Shown here in pieces: positions 1-12,829 of a stretch of 64,000 nucleotides of DNA. The notes beneath the pieces were generated by a model, which worked only from the letters and a program-made list of their open reading frames with translations, had not been told where the DNA came from and did no database searches. Numbering within the stretch: the first letter of the stretch is position 1; every line of letters begins with the position of its first letter. A program made the position numbers and the translations under genes. Origin of the DNA: Octopus sinensis (Eukaryota); contig NC_043001.1 in assembly GCF_006345805.1 (NCBI RefSeq), positions 65,844,001 through 65,908,000 of the forward strand. Direction: 5' to 3'.

Positions 1-2580
1 GAGAGGTTACACTTTCCGCTTATGATGTTGTGGGCGAGAATGAGATCACTACGGCGGCGGCGTTTTTCAAGAGAATAAAGGTCGAGCGTCCTCAGCCTTT
101 CTTCGTAGGACAAATTTTTGAGACCATGAACCATGCGGGTAGCCAGCTTCTGGACTCTTTCGAGATGCTGTATGTCTTTGAGGAGATAAGGAGAAGAGGC
201 TTGAATCCCATACTCCAATATGGGTCTCACCAGCGTGACATAGAGTGGTAGGAATATGGCTGCTGTGACCATTCCGAATGACCGTCGAATCAAGAATAGA
301 ATTCCGCGTGCTTGTTGGCAGCATGGACGCACTGGGCCGAAGGCGAAAAGGAGGAATCCATCAAGATACCTAGGTCCTTTACCTGATCGGTCCTCTCCAG
401 CAGCAGACGACCCGGCTCGAAATCAAGTTGAGTTGCAGGAGTAGAGCCGACAGGCAGATGAGAGCACTTTGACACGTTCAGACACAGGTCCCAATCGTTA
501 GACCACTTCCAAATTTGGTGGAGGCATCGACGAAGATCCTCTATATTACCGCGAGGAGCGACCAGTTTGATATCGTCGGCAAATAGAAGGGTGTGTTGCG
601 TGAGGTCGTCGGGCAAGTCATTTATGAAGACTAAGAACAACAAGGGCCCAAGCACTGAACCTTGAGGCACGCCACTGCTCGCACTGGAGACGTCGGACCG
701 CGAACCATTAACTTGGACTTGGAAGGAGCGATCTGAGAGGAAGGCACCAACCCATCGTACAATATCCGGATGGAAACTATATGCTTAAAGCTTGACAAGT
801 AATAGGCGGTGGTTTACCGAGTCAAAAGCTTTGGCAAAGTCCAGTAAAACGATGTCAACAGCATCACTATCATCGAGGATGCGCGCCACCAATTCTTCCA
901 TTACTAGTAAGTTGGTCAAGCATGATCTCTTCGGCACGAAGCCGTGTTGGGAATCAGAGATAGAGGCTGTGTTTAGGAGGTGGAGCATCATACTTTTCTT
1001 AAGGATGGTTTCGAACATCTTGCTGATTATTGATGTAAGGGAAACCGGTCGGTAGTTAAGCGGGTCTTCGCGGCTCCCTTTCTGGAAAATTGGGCAGATT
1101 ATCGCTGTTCTCCAGTCTGCAGGTATAACACCCGTCGCCAATGACATATTGAATAGTCGTGTTAAGGGCTCGCAGATGACCGGAGCCAACGCTTTGATAA
1201 CCGTGGGTGTATGCCGTCAGGGCCGTGACCCTTGTTGACATCGAGGCCTTGAATAACACGTTTGACTTCGTCCCGCGTGATGACCAATCGAAGCATTGGA
1301 GGTACCGATCTATCAAATGGAGGGGGTTCACGACCATCATCTTGTTTGAAAATAGTTGAAAAAGCCTCGGCAAATAATTGACTCTGTTGATAAGGGTCCT
1401 CAATCGATACGCCTGTTGAGTCTACCAACGTTGCAATCTGGTTGTTCAAGCTGGAATTCCGCTGGACATGGGCAAAGAAGGTTTTTGGATTGCTACTGGC
1501 ATTTGCCGCGATTTTGTATTCATAACTGAAGCGTTCTTTCTTTTCGATTTTCACGGCTCGGTCTCGTTGAGTTTTGTACACCTCAAAAGCTGCAGTCGAA
1601 TCCAGATTTTTGAATTCAGCCCAAGCAATATCTCTGAGTCGACGTTCTCGTTTAACCCTCTTCGTCACCCAGGGCTTGTGTTTCTTCCTCTTGGGAAGCC
1701 CAACGAGAACTGCCTGGTCAGTCAAACAGATTACATATGCTTTGAGGGATGACCATAGTTCGTCAACTGAGGACAACGTCATCAGGGATCGCCAGTCCAC
1801 AAGCGCGGAAGCCTCGGTTAGAATTTCAAGATTAATTGCAGAGAAGACTCTACGTGGCAGCGAAGTAGTCGTGGGCGCAAAAAAAGTTGTGTGCATGACG
1901 AACTTCAGGACCGCATGATCACTCTTGGCAAGAGGGGCGCACACAGATACGTCTGACACTGATCTTGGATAGCGGGTGTATACCAGATCTAGCATAGATG
2001 GCTGCTGCCCAGACCGATGCCTTGTCGGATATTCAACATGTTGCGATAGAAAACAATCTTCAGCCACGTCAAGAAGGGCCTGGCCGAACCGGGAAGATGT
2101 TGTACAAATTGATGTGGGCCAATCGATCGTGGGAGCGTTGAAGTCTCCTAGTACCAAACAGTCATGCGAAGCTGAAACGAATCTTATCGCTTCGAGTAAA
2201 TGAGCATCGTCCTGGGGGTCGGCAAGAGGCGGCCTGTAGACAGCCAACACGGGCAGGCAAAACTCAGATAGGCTCAGCTTGCAATAGACGGCATCGAATT
2301 TTGTTGCAGGCTGAGCATTAGTGGGTAGAATACCGCTGGACGGTTTGTGCTCAGACTTAACATACACAGCAACACCTCCACCTCGCCTTTTTCCTCTGTC
2401 ACATCTGAAAAGGACGTAGCCCTGCAGGTGGATTTCTGAGTCCTTTACTGCTGGAGTCAGCCAAGTCTCGGTGATAGCTATCACATCAGGGGAGTCACGT
2501 ATGGCCAGTGTAAATAGTTCACTGAACTTTGGGATAAGGAGCACGAGTTGGTGTAGACGATGCTGAGCTGTGAAGTCTGA
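1..2580 (-). pseudogene. ORF2 (APE endonuclease + reverse transcriptase) of the CR1-type LINE, disrupted
   Basis: Protein continues across ORFs 2481..2669, 1162..2601, 785..1189 and 290..670, with frameshifts near 2540, 1190 and 310 and an in-frame stop at 785-787. Confidence 0.9.
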
Positions 2581-3394
2581 GGGGCGGGAGTTGGGGAACA
2601 AGCAGAATAAGGGGTATCAGAGATAGCATCGTTGACGGGGGTATCAACTTCACTTCGATTTGCCCTCACATCACTTTCCCTGTCAGCACTACAGCATGGG
2701 ACCAGAGGTAGGACTTGATTATCTGTCCATCTTGGATTCGTAAACCCTTCTCTCCCATTTGTTTCCTCATCTTTAGTTCGGATATCAGGTTTCTCCGGCG
2801 AATCTCTCTCTTAGTGAGTATTCCTCGCGAAAACCCATATTGGGGTCCTCCCAGGCATGCGTCTGAGCTCTGTTCAGAAAGACTGAAGCCTCCCGATCAG
2901 AAGAAAAGATTACCCTTATTGGGCGTGGTCTAGTATCTGCGGTTGGGTTCGCTTGGAATCTTCCTAGCCGAGCGACCTTAAGGACACTGACCTTTTCGTT
3001 CACAGAGAACAATTCTCCAACCAAAATGGAAACAAAATTAATGTCATCTTTTAGGCGGTTTATGCCTGTATCACGGGTGGATTCAGCTTTACCGTAAATT
3101 ATTGCTGATCTTGAGTGGGCAAAATGTTCTCTACTATGAGCTGTGGTATTCGATTCTTCATTGAGGATTTCGAAAGGGTGGTTTCATCATAGCCATCGGA
3201 CTTATGTCGGCCTGTGGGGTCGATCGGAATGGGTTTAGTGGTCATAATTTTCCCGCCTGGTTTGGAACTGCACTGCCTCCTCTTCTTCGGTTGGGGGAGC
3301 GCCACTCCCCAGATGAACTCACATCGAGATCGTTCAGAATTGGTTGAGCAATGGCATTAATGGGAAGGACAGGTGAGGGAGAATCCAAACGGAT

Positions 3395-3982
3395 TTTATC
3401 GTGATCAGGTTTCATAGCCAAATCTGCCCCTCTGGAGTTTTGACTACGTTTCTTCTTTTGGGGAAAACAACGGTCTTCAGGAGGGTTTGAGTCTACGCTC
3501 CTCAAATTCGGTTGGGGAACCTCCGAGACCGAAAAGGCAGATGAGGAAGAATCCGCACAGGAACGATCATGTGCAGAAACGACCGCCGGTTCCTTCGCCT
3601 TCTTTGGCCGCTTCGATTTTGTTCCCTTCGGTTTGGACGTCTCCAGGGAAGAAATCAAGGGTGACTCTGCGTCAACAGGAGACTGTTTATCGTGGTCAGG
3701 TTTCATAGCTAAATCCGCCCCACTGGAGTTTTTTGACGACGTTTCTTCTTTTGGGGAGAACAACGGTCTTCAGTGGGTTTGAGTCTACGCTCCTCAAATT
3801 CGGTTGGGGAACCTCCGGGACCGAAAAGGCAGATGGGGAAGAATCCGCACAGGAACGATCATGTGCAGAAACGACCGCCGGTTCCTTCGCCTTCTTTGGC
3901 CGCTTCGATTTTGTTCCCTTCGGTTTGGACGTCTCCAGGGAAGAAATCAAGGGTGACTCTGCGTCAACAGGAGACTGTTTAT
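3395..3982. repeat. ~291-bp tandem duplication inside LINE ORF1
   Basis: 3395-3690 and 3686-3982 are near-identical. The peptide KQSPVDAESPLISSLETSKPKGTKSKRPKKAKEPAVVSAHDRSCADSS occurs twice. Confidence 0.95.
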
Positions 3983-4996
3983 TCAGTAAGAGAGCAACAA
4001 CAGACTTTAGGTGCTCGACCTCTTGTTTGAGCAACAGCAACTGCTCGTTGAGCTGACTATTGGTAGGACCATCATCTTGATGAGAAGCCTTCTTGCAGAT
4101 CTCAGTTTCGATCCGTAGGTAGCTGACATGATGGATGGTTGACTAAAAAAATCTTCTATGGGCTCTAGGACAATCGGAGTTAAATCGGAACAAAAAAACA
4201 GGTGCAATCCTTGTAGGAGTAGGCAACAGCAGACAAAATCTGAGAGAGTTTGGGCTGAGCCGAATCACAATCCAAGATTGAAAGCAGACGGTGCAACGAG
4301 TCGGAACCCTTCCTAATTGTCTGAAGCAGCTTTAGGATAAGGGATAGTATGTCCAACTTTAGAATATTGATATGCATGCAGAATGTTCCACTCGATTAAA
4401 TATCATTTGACGTGCCATTTAGTACTTCAATAATTGCATATTCGCATGTTTGTATTGTGTGAATAATGTGTTTATGTGCGAGAAGGCACATGTTTTTGAC
4501 TATCGTTATTTAGATTATAATTTCTCTTTTTTTTTTTTTTCTCACGTTTTTCCCTTTTAAAGTATTTCTTTTTAAAGTAATTATACGTTGGAGAGGGCTG
4601 AGGGTTTTAAGCATTGCTCATAGCGCAGCTTTTAAGACTAGCTGATCTATATTCGTCTGTATTTTTTGTTGATAGTTTTATCTCCGAACATTTTATTTTT
4701 TTTTTTTTTTTTTTTTTTTTTTCTTCTCCTCTTTTTCTTCCTCTTCCTTTCTTCAAGGCTCACTCTGTATGTATTAGTTCGAAATAATGAGAATAAAATA
4801 CGGAGAAGGAAACGAAAAGAAAGGGAAAAAGACGGGATCTGTCAGTTATTATTGTTATTACTATCACCTTCACCACCATCACCATCATCATCATCAATGA
4901 CATTCAACATAAATTGAATATATTCTCTCACCTCTGCCACTATCTGGCATATAGAGGTGCTTACACTTATCAAGTATTCCCTCTAAACTTACAGTA

Positions 4997-5186
<190 letters not shown>

Positions 5187-5368
5187 AGGCGTAGGAGTGG
5201 CTGTGTGGTAAGAAGCTTGCTTATGAACCACATGGTTCCGGGCTCAGTCCTATTGTTTGCACCTTGGGCAAGTGTCTTTTACTATATCCTCGGGCCATGT
5301 GAGTGGATTTGGTAGACGGAAACTAAAAGAACCCCGTCGTATATATATATAGAAAGAGAGAGATAGAG

Positions 5369-5454
<86 letters not shown>

Positions 5455-5547
5455 AACTTACTTGGATAAGTGTCTTCTACTATAGCCTCGAGCTAACCAA
5501 AGCCTTGTGAGTGGATTTGGTAGACGGAAACTGAAGGAAGCCCGTCG

Positions 5548-5596
<49 letters not shown>

Positions 5597-5826
5597 GTAT
5601 GTGTGTGTATATGTTTATGTGTGTGTGTTTGTCCCCCCAACATCGTTTGACAACCGATGCTGGTGTGTTTAGGTCCCCGTAAGCTAGCGGTTCGGCAAAA
5701 GAGACCGATAGAATAAGTACTAGGCTTACAAAGAATAAGTCCTGGGGTTGATGTGCTCGACTAAAAAGGCGGTGCTCCAGCATGGCCACAGTCAAATGCC
5801 TGAAACAAGTAAAAGAGTAAAAGAGT
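5187..5826 (+). mobile_element. tRNA-headed SINE(s), family A (head/body + internal microsatellite + 3' tail)
   Basis: A-box GTGGCTGTGTGGTA and B-box-like GGTTCCGGGCTCAGTCC. Body ends GGTAGACGGAAACT..CCCGTCGT, followed by (GATA)n, a second partial body, (TA/TG)n and a tail ending CCAGCATGGCC...AAGTAAAAGAG. Same family at 58932. Confidence 0.85.
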
Positions 5827-5913
5827 GTATGCATATATACATATATATATTACATATATGTATGTGTGTTTATGCATATATTTATATCTTATTTATATTA
5901 TATAATATATATA

Positions 5914-5961
<48 letters not shown>

Positions 5962-7199
5962 ATATATATATAGGTAAAAAGCATATTTTGTGTAACCAAG
6001 ACAATGAAAGTTAAACAACCTGAGATTATAGAATTCACAAAAAAAAGGATAAATACACGCAATGTTTTTCAAATCTTGGAAATATATGGGACCGTATTTA
6101 ATCATTTTATTTATGTGCTATATTTTAGTAAATGTTGTTTTAACCAATATTATTTTGACAAAGTAAAAGCTACGCCTCGCTATTCAGTTATGTCAACGGT
6201 ATTTCAGCTACCCTACATAAATATATACATATGTGCTTCAATAACACTAGTGCAGGGTTATTTTTTAATATTCGCTAAACTTAGCAGCATTTGACATTTT
6301 CGCTTTTTTTTCTTAGTTTATGTGAATGCTTTGTATACTTTATATAAAATAATAATTAACGTCATATTAAATTTAAAGTTTAATATTTGATGTGTTCCAA
6401 ACGGGTATTTCTTATGATGAGAACCATATTAAGCGAAGAGGAACCGACAAACTTTGAAGGAGGGGGTGACACAAATAAGGGAACATTAAAAAAGTGACAG
6501 AAATAGAGAAACCGTTGAATAAATACAGATTGGTTGCTTGCATGTAGATGTAAGAGGGTGAGAGGTTGTTGTTACTTCTGCATACGTCGGAGTAGAATAA
6601 CAATTTTTTTTTCTTTTTAACGGGGAGACTTGCAAAAATTATAGTTTTCTTCTTTTAACCTCCTACTTCTGCGATTTACAGAAACTATTTGTTTAAAAAT
6701 ATCCTAAAATGTTTTTTACTTTGATTCTGCTTTTGCGATTGGTCAGTTTTCGGGGGAAATAAAATGGGGGAAACGAAGGAAAAACTGTTATATTTCATTC
6801 CCGGGATTTCTTACTTAAATATTCAGTCTTTGTTGTTACTATTGCTATTATTGTTGTTGTTGATGTTGTTGTTGTTCTTGCTGTTGTTGTTCTTGTTGTT
6901 GCTTTTGATGATGATGATGATGATGATGGTATCACCATTAACAATAACAGCATAACGAGGCAATAAGGGAACCTCAACGTGGCAGCTCAGATTGGCAGAA
7001 ATAGCAACTAAATTTCACTCCAATAACTGCATCCGAAAAAGATGCCCTAGATATAGTTTGTCTGAAAAATGATAGCGTGATCACAGTTTTCTCTTCCAGT
7101 GCTGACAAGGGTTAAACAAGAACAAGAACAAATATTTTACCGTCATCTTCTAGACTTCAAACTACCCTGATCTTTCTACTCATACCTTCCATCATACTG

Positions 7200-7293
7200 T
7201 TTCACCACCGCCGTCAACAACGACGCCATCGCTGCTGCCGCCGCCGCAACCAACGCCACCATTACCACCACCAACACGACCATCACCACCACC

Positions 7294-7348
<55 letters not shown>

Positions 7349-7395
7349 GCAACAACAACAACGACTCCAGTACCACCACCATCACCACCACCACT
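7200..7395. repeat. Compound (CAC)n/(CAA)n/(GCC)n trinucleotide tract
   Basis: Direct reading. Confidence 0.9.
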
Positions 7396-7567
7396 ATAAA
7401 TTCAATCACCATTGCTATCAACGTGATTGTCCTATTTGTCAAGACAAAACTACCACCTCTGTTGCCTTCACTCGACATTTTTTTGCGTTAAAACATTAAC
7501 AAGGACGATATATATGGAAAAATAATTTCTAATATACTTACATATTATGCATGTATACATGCATTTA

Positions 7568-7598
<31 letters not shown>

Positions 7599-8409
7599 AT
7601 ATATGTGTATATATATATATATATATACAGGTGCACGCACAAACAGACACACAAAGACGCATATATAAACAAATATATATAGATATAATAATATATATAA
7701 ATGAATATATATATATGTATATATATATGTGTGTGTGTATATATATATATATGTATATTTATATATGTATATATATATATATTCATTTGTATCTGTATGT
7801 GTGTGTGTGCGTGTTTATGGATGTGTATAGTCATTTATATATACTTATATGCTTCCATACACACACACACACACATGGAAAGAGTGATAGAAGCAGCAAC
7901 ATGGTTATAATTATGGAAAGGATATTGTTGGCTAGTGTACTGTTTGTTGTAGTTACTTCAAATGTCTCCATCGTCATTACGTTCTTTGGCAATCTAATGA
8001 TTCTTTTTTCTGTTATAACTCCACAGTTTTGAATCACTGTGGCGCCACATACCAATAATGTGTTGTTGAAGACTGTTTGCTGCTGGGATAAGATCTCAAA
8101 ATGTCTGTATTAACTAATTTGCTTAATTTTTCGGTGGCTTATCACTGTAATGTAGACCTCATTACATAACAGTCTTTAAAAAAATACAAAAATTCACTTC
8201 TAAAAATACTTTTTACCTTAAGGAAAAATATATTCACTGTCTTTCTTTATATTTTATAATTAAGTATGAATTGTAGACACCAGTGAAACAGAATCAATAG
8301 TACTCAGTAGCAAACGAAATCACGTCCCAAAACCCGTGCTTACTTAAGCTCATGCAATTTACGATGGAGCTGACTAAATTATTTCATTTCGATGTGCAAG
8401 CACTTTTGA

Positions 8410-8552
8410 TGGCTGTATAGTAAGAACTTTGCGTCTCAAGCATATGATTCAGATTTCAATCCTGCTGCGTGTCCTCTTGAGCAAGTATCTTTCCGGGCCG
8501 ACAAAGCTTTCTGGGTGCAGCTGGTAAACAAAAACTGAAAGTTGCGTCGTAT

Positions 8553-8596
<44 letters not shown>

Positions 8597-8945
8597 ACAT
8601 ATTGTCTGATAATCGCACTGGCGTGAAAGTCGAGTCGTGAAAAGAACTCTCAGTCATTTTTTAATAAATAACTATAGCTTCCATAACATACTTTGAGTAC
8701 TCCTTATGTGTGTAGCTTTGTGCTTGTGTTTGTCCCCAACCTCCCTTGACAACCAGTGTTGGTTTGTTTATGTCCCTGTAATCTAGCAGTTCGGCAAAAA
8801 TAATCCAATAAAATAAATACCCAGCTTTAAAAATACCAGGCTTTAAAAATACTTCAAAAATTTCTGGGGTCAATTTGTTCGACTGAACGTTTTAAGGCGA
8901 TGCCCCAGCATGACCGCAGTCTAATGAATGAAACAAGTAAACATA
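8410..8945 (+). mobile_element. Degenerate family A SINE with internal (CA)n
   Basis: TGGCTGTATAGTAAGAAC head, CTTGAGCAAG, AAAACTGAAAG..CGTCGT; tail GTTCGGCAAAAA...CCCCAGCATGACCGCAG...AAACAAGTAAA. Confidence 0.7.
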
Positions 8946-9377
8946 AACAATAACAAATTTGATTGATTTAACTAGATTCTTTACTCTCCGATTCTGGTTA
9001 CCAATATGCTTATAAATTCGACTTTTTCTGTGTAAATGTTTTTTTACCCGATATTTTCATGCTATTATTTATAGCTTTATCAACTTCGACTTGCACGGTT
9101 AAAAATGAATTATTTCACGTTTCTCGAAGTTTCTAAATTCGTATGACGTAATCAGTAGTGATTAACTGATATCGAACTCATGAGTATGGGATAGAAAACA
9201 AAAATAGTTTAAATAAGGACTAAACATTAACGTGAACATTCGACCGGGAGATATTGTGAAACCTTCCCACCAATAAGCCTCTGAAATCTAACAGAATCCA
9301 ATGTTAAGTATTATTTATTAAAAGTATTTTAATATATTGAGCAAATTTAAAATTTAATTCAGGAATATTTGATCAAT

Positions 9378-9394
9378 CAGTAGTAGTAGTAGTG

Positions 9395-9427
<33 letters not shown>

Positions 9428-9428
9428 A

Positions 9429-9462
<34 letters not shown>

Positions 9463-9549
9463 TGTTGTTGTTGTAGTAGTAGTCGGATAAGTCATTGGCT
9501 TCCTTTGCAAACCAAAGTTGTTAATAATATGCAGACATTTACAGATGTA

Positions 9550-9587
<38 letters not shown>

Positions 9588-9604
9588 AGAGAGAGAGAGA
9601 TAAG

Positions 9605-9663
<59 letters not shown>

Positions 9664-9665
9664 TG
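9378..9665. repeat. (TAG)n, (TA)n, (GATA)n and (GA)n microsatellite cluster
   Basis: Direct reading. Confidence 0.95.
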
Positions 9666-9755
9666 AGCTAATAAAAAACGGAGAAGAAGACAAGAAAACG
9701 CACAACGCGAGGTACATGCAAAGTATTAATAAGACGCTCGGGGAAGGAAAGAGGT

Positions 9756-9790
9756 GTTTTACGTTTCAAGCAAAGTTCTTCTTCAGAAAC
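9756..9790 (-). ncRNA. Minimal type-I hammerhead ribozyme motif (dimer type)
   Basis: Minus strand reads GTTT-CTGAAGA-A-GAAC(TTT)GCTT-GAAA-CGTA-AAAC: stem I GTTT/AAAC, CUGANGA core, stem II with one mismatch, loopless ACGT stem III. Confidence 0.75.
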
Positions 9791-11623
9791 AGGAGACAGG
9801 GGAAAGTCCAAAAGAAAGCGAAGCCGGAGTAAAAAATCGCCAACAATCCACATGTAGTTATACATACATACAGAGAGAGAGAGAGAGAGAGAGAGGGAAA
9901 GAGAGAGAGTGAGAGTGAGTGAGTGTGTGAGGGAATGAGAGACAGAGACAGACAGAGACAGAGACTGATACAGAGAGACAGACAGAGACTGAGAACAGAG
10001 AGACAGATAGACATACAATCAGACAGACATAGTCAGAGGTAGAGATAAAGTGAAAGACAGATAGTAAGGGAGAGAAAGAGAGAGAGAGAAAGGGAGAGAG
10101 AAAGAGATAGAGAGAGAGAAGAGGGGAGGTATGCAGAGATGGAAAGAGTGGGTAAGTGGGAGAGATGTCGGAGAAGTGGAACACTGACACAGTAAGTCAG
10201 ATTATAATATTTATTATATGGCAGAGGGAAGCTACCCCAGAGGAGCGTACTAAGTACAAATATGGTAAGGTCCCACATATATGATATTTTATGTAGAATA
10301 TACTAGTGAACCGAGATAATAATCAAATAATTAGTAAACAAAACTCCTATGAAGTGTTGAAAAACTAAAAACAAGAAAGAGTTCACTATCATAAGTAATC
10401 TCACAGACTCACCTCTCTCTCCCTTTTCTTTCTGTCTGTCTATTTATCCCTCTCTCATTCTTTCTTCCTCCCTCTCTCTCATTTTTTCTTTCTGTCTATC
10501 TCTCTCTTTTCCTTTCTCTGTCTCCCCTCCCAACAAATTACAGTAGAGTAGAATATACTGAAGATTTCTTACACGATCAAATCCAAATGATTTTTGAGCG
10601 GTTTCTATTATCCCAAAGTTTCATCAACTGATTTTATTAGTTACCTTCTCTGTAAATATAAAAATGTTAAGCATTGTACTAATTATTGTTAGTAGAATCT
10701 CAGTTGATCAAAGTTTTACTCTTTACTGTGTTATATATTGAAGGCCTAACTATAATTAACAAAACTCCTTAATAAAAGTTTCTGTCTAAAATGGGACTAA
10801 ATGCAACGACAGAAAATAGGTATTCGTTGCCCATTTCAAAATAGTCGAGGGATGTATCGATTGCAGAATCGGTAGAATGATATTTAGCTGTGTGCGTATG
10901 TATTGAATTCAAGTCCCGTCGAGATCAACGGTGATTTTTCAATCTGTGGTTGATAAAATGTCACTTGAATACTGATATCAATTAAAGTAATTGCCTCCTC
11001 AAAGTTCTACCTAAATTACAATTGAAAATATTCCTAGACATTTTTTGATGTTAAAAACCTGTTTTGCTAGTGGTTCATCTAAGACTATACTTCAGATTTG
11101 GTTAAATACAACATAGGCATTCGGATTCAGTTCTACAGCGTACCACCTTCAATGGTTGCCTTCTCCTGCAGCCTCGGGCCTTTCAATTCCTTATGAGAGA
11201 ACAATACAAAAGCCATGTGAGTGTGTGTACGAGTGCTTACTTTTAAGTATGCTACCTAGCTGTTTCACAAATGGCTTCGAAAATATAGAAAAATATGCAC
11301 CGGTTTTAAAGTGCTGAGATCGACTAAAACACTTGATGATGATTCCTCACCATGGCCGTTGTCCAATAGGGTACTGTCAAGAGGTTGAAGCTATAGTGAT
11401 GCTCGTTTAGCAGCTGATAGTGGGAATATACATTTGTCATGCTTAATTATGAATTTCTTATGCTTTACTCTCGCTATTCCGAGTTGTCCTTCATTCTTGA
11501 ACAGTGGAAACAAACGTTTGCAGGGATTACTTACATTGGTATTGTTTGGTTTTCTTCATAGGTAATCTAATTCGGCTTAGATAATGCTTAGATACTAATA
11601 TGCTGCTTTGGAAGTTCTGAGGC

Positions 11624-11687
<64 letters not shown>

Positions 11688-11844
11688 AATAAGAATGGAT
11701 GAGCACTAAGTGGACATTCAATATGCTAGAAATAGATCACCTACGATCTACCCACAAAGAAAAAGAATGTTCTCTAGAAAATTTCAGCAAAGACCAGAAC
11801 ATTAGCGGGTAAGACAAATGAAAATATACAAAATAAAGAATTAA

Positions 11845-11909
11845 TCGTAGACTATTTTCGCCATTAACGATTTTACTTACGTAACAACGTCCGTGGCTCT
11901 TCAGTACGA
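11845..11909 (-). ncRNA. Type-I hammerhead ribozyme motif
   Basis: Minus strand reads TCGTA-CTGAAGA-GCCA...TGGC-GAAA-ATA-GTC-TACGA. Stems I and II are perfect; stem III is degenerate. Confidence 0.75.
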
Positions 11910-12404
11910 CCGTTCTAATTCAATATAATTTGCAGAGTTATACACAAGTTGTCCTCATAAAATTACACGTGTGTACAGTTCTACCGAATACATTGGGGTT
12001 ATTTTCAAATGTCCCAGCTCTGGCGCGCTAAATCCCGGAAACTGTTCTGCAGAAGATAATTCACTGCAATGAATGTTGCCGGTTAGAGAACATAATTATT
12101 CAAAATTTAAATAATTAGGGTGATAAATTGAATATTATTTTAATTAACATCAATTTAAAACCAGTGGCCTAGCATATAGAAAAACCTGAAAATTCATAAA
12201 AATTTTATTACATGCGTAATATTACATGCACTTAGATCGTAGATTATCTATTTCTAGCATGCTGGATGTCCACTTAGTGGTCATCCCTACTTATATGCAT
12301 GTAATACAATTTTCCTGAATTTTCAGATTTTTCTATATGCTACGCTACTGGTTTTAAATTGATGTTAATTAAATTAATATTCAATTTACCACCCTCATTA
12401 TTTA

Positions 12405-12457
<53 letters not shown>

Positions 12458-12530
12458 ATTTATGCTGTGAAATTAGATTTAATCCTAAATCTAATTTTCC
12501 CTGTAAGTTTGGATTTACTCCCTAATATTA

Positions 12531-12588
<58 letters not shown>

Positions 12589-12756
12589 AACAAAGATAAA
12601 TGCGATACAATAAAATTAATTATAATCGCCGGTGTACCAGTACACGCCATATATTATTCATATATCATTACATTCAAGGCGAAGAGTGCACTAGATACAC
12701 AATAGCTGGATAAATTTAGTGAGATTAAAATTAAAAACTTTTACAAACTTAGCTTT

Positions 12757-12829
12757 TCTTATACTGCAGTTTCGCCAAATTCAGTAATAAAAATAATATT
12801 TATTTACCCAGGCTGGCTCTTCAGTAAGA
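12757..12829 (-). ncRNA. Canonical type-I hammerhead ribozyme
   Basis: Minus strand reads TCTTA-CTGAAGA-GCCA-(long AT-rich loop)-TGGC-GAAAC-TGCA-GTA-TAAGA. All core nucleotides are present, with a 5-bp stem I, palindromic loop 3 and GUA cleavage triplet. Confidence 0.9.

Larger units (their letters stand above)
1..4380 (-). mobile_element. CR1/Jockey-group non-LTR retrotransposon (LINE), near full length, 3' end runs off the window
   Basis: ORF1-like basic/Ser-rich frames at ~2720-4377 (RLGRFQ..RPRPIRVIF). ORF2 has an APE endonuclease (IAITETWL, GGGVAVYV, VLGDFNAP, LDLV, SDH) and RT (GPDGIHP, NYRPVSLTS, QHGF, DFAKAFDSVNH, GVPQGSVLGPLLF, FADD). Clearly more GC-rich than the flanks. Confidence 0.95.

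Noticed and set aside
7176-7478. Poly-His/Gln or poly-Val/Leu reading frames with a CPIC motif
   Set aside because: Compound trinucleotide repeat with no domain homology or convincing exon boundaries.
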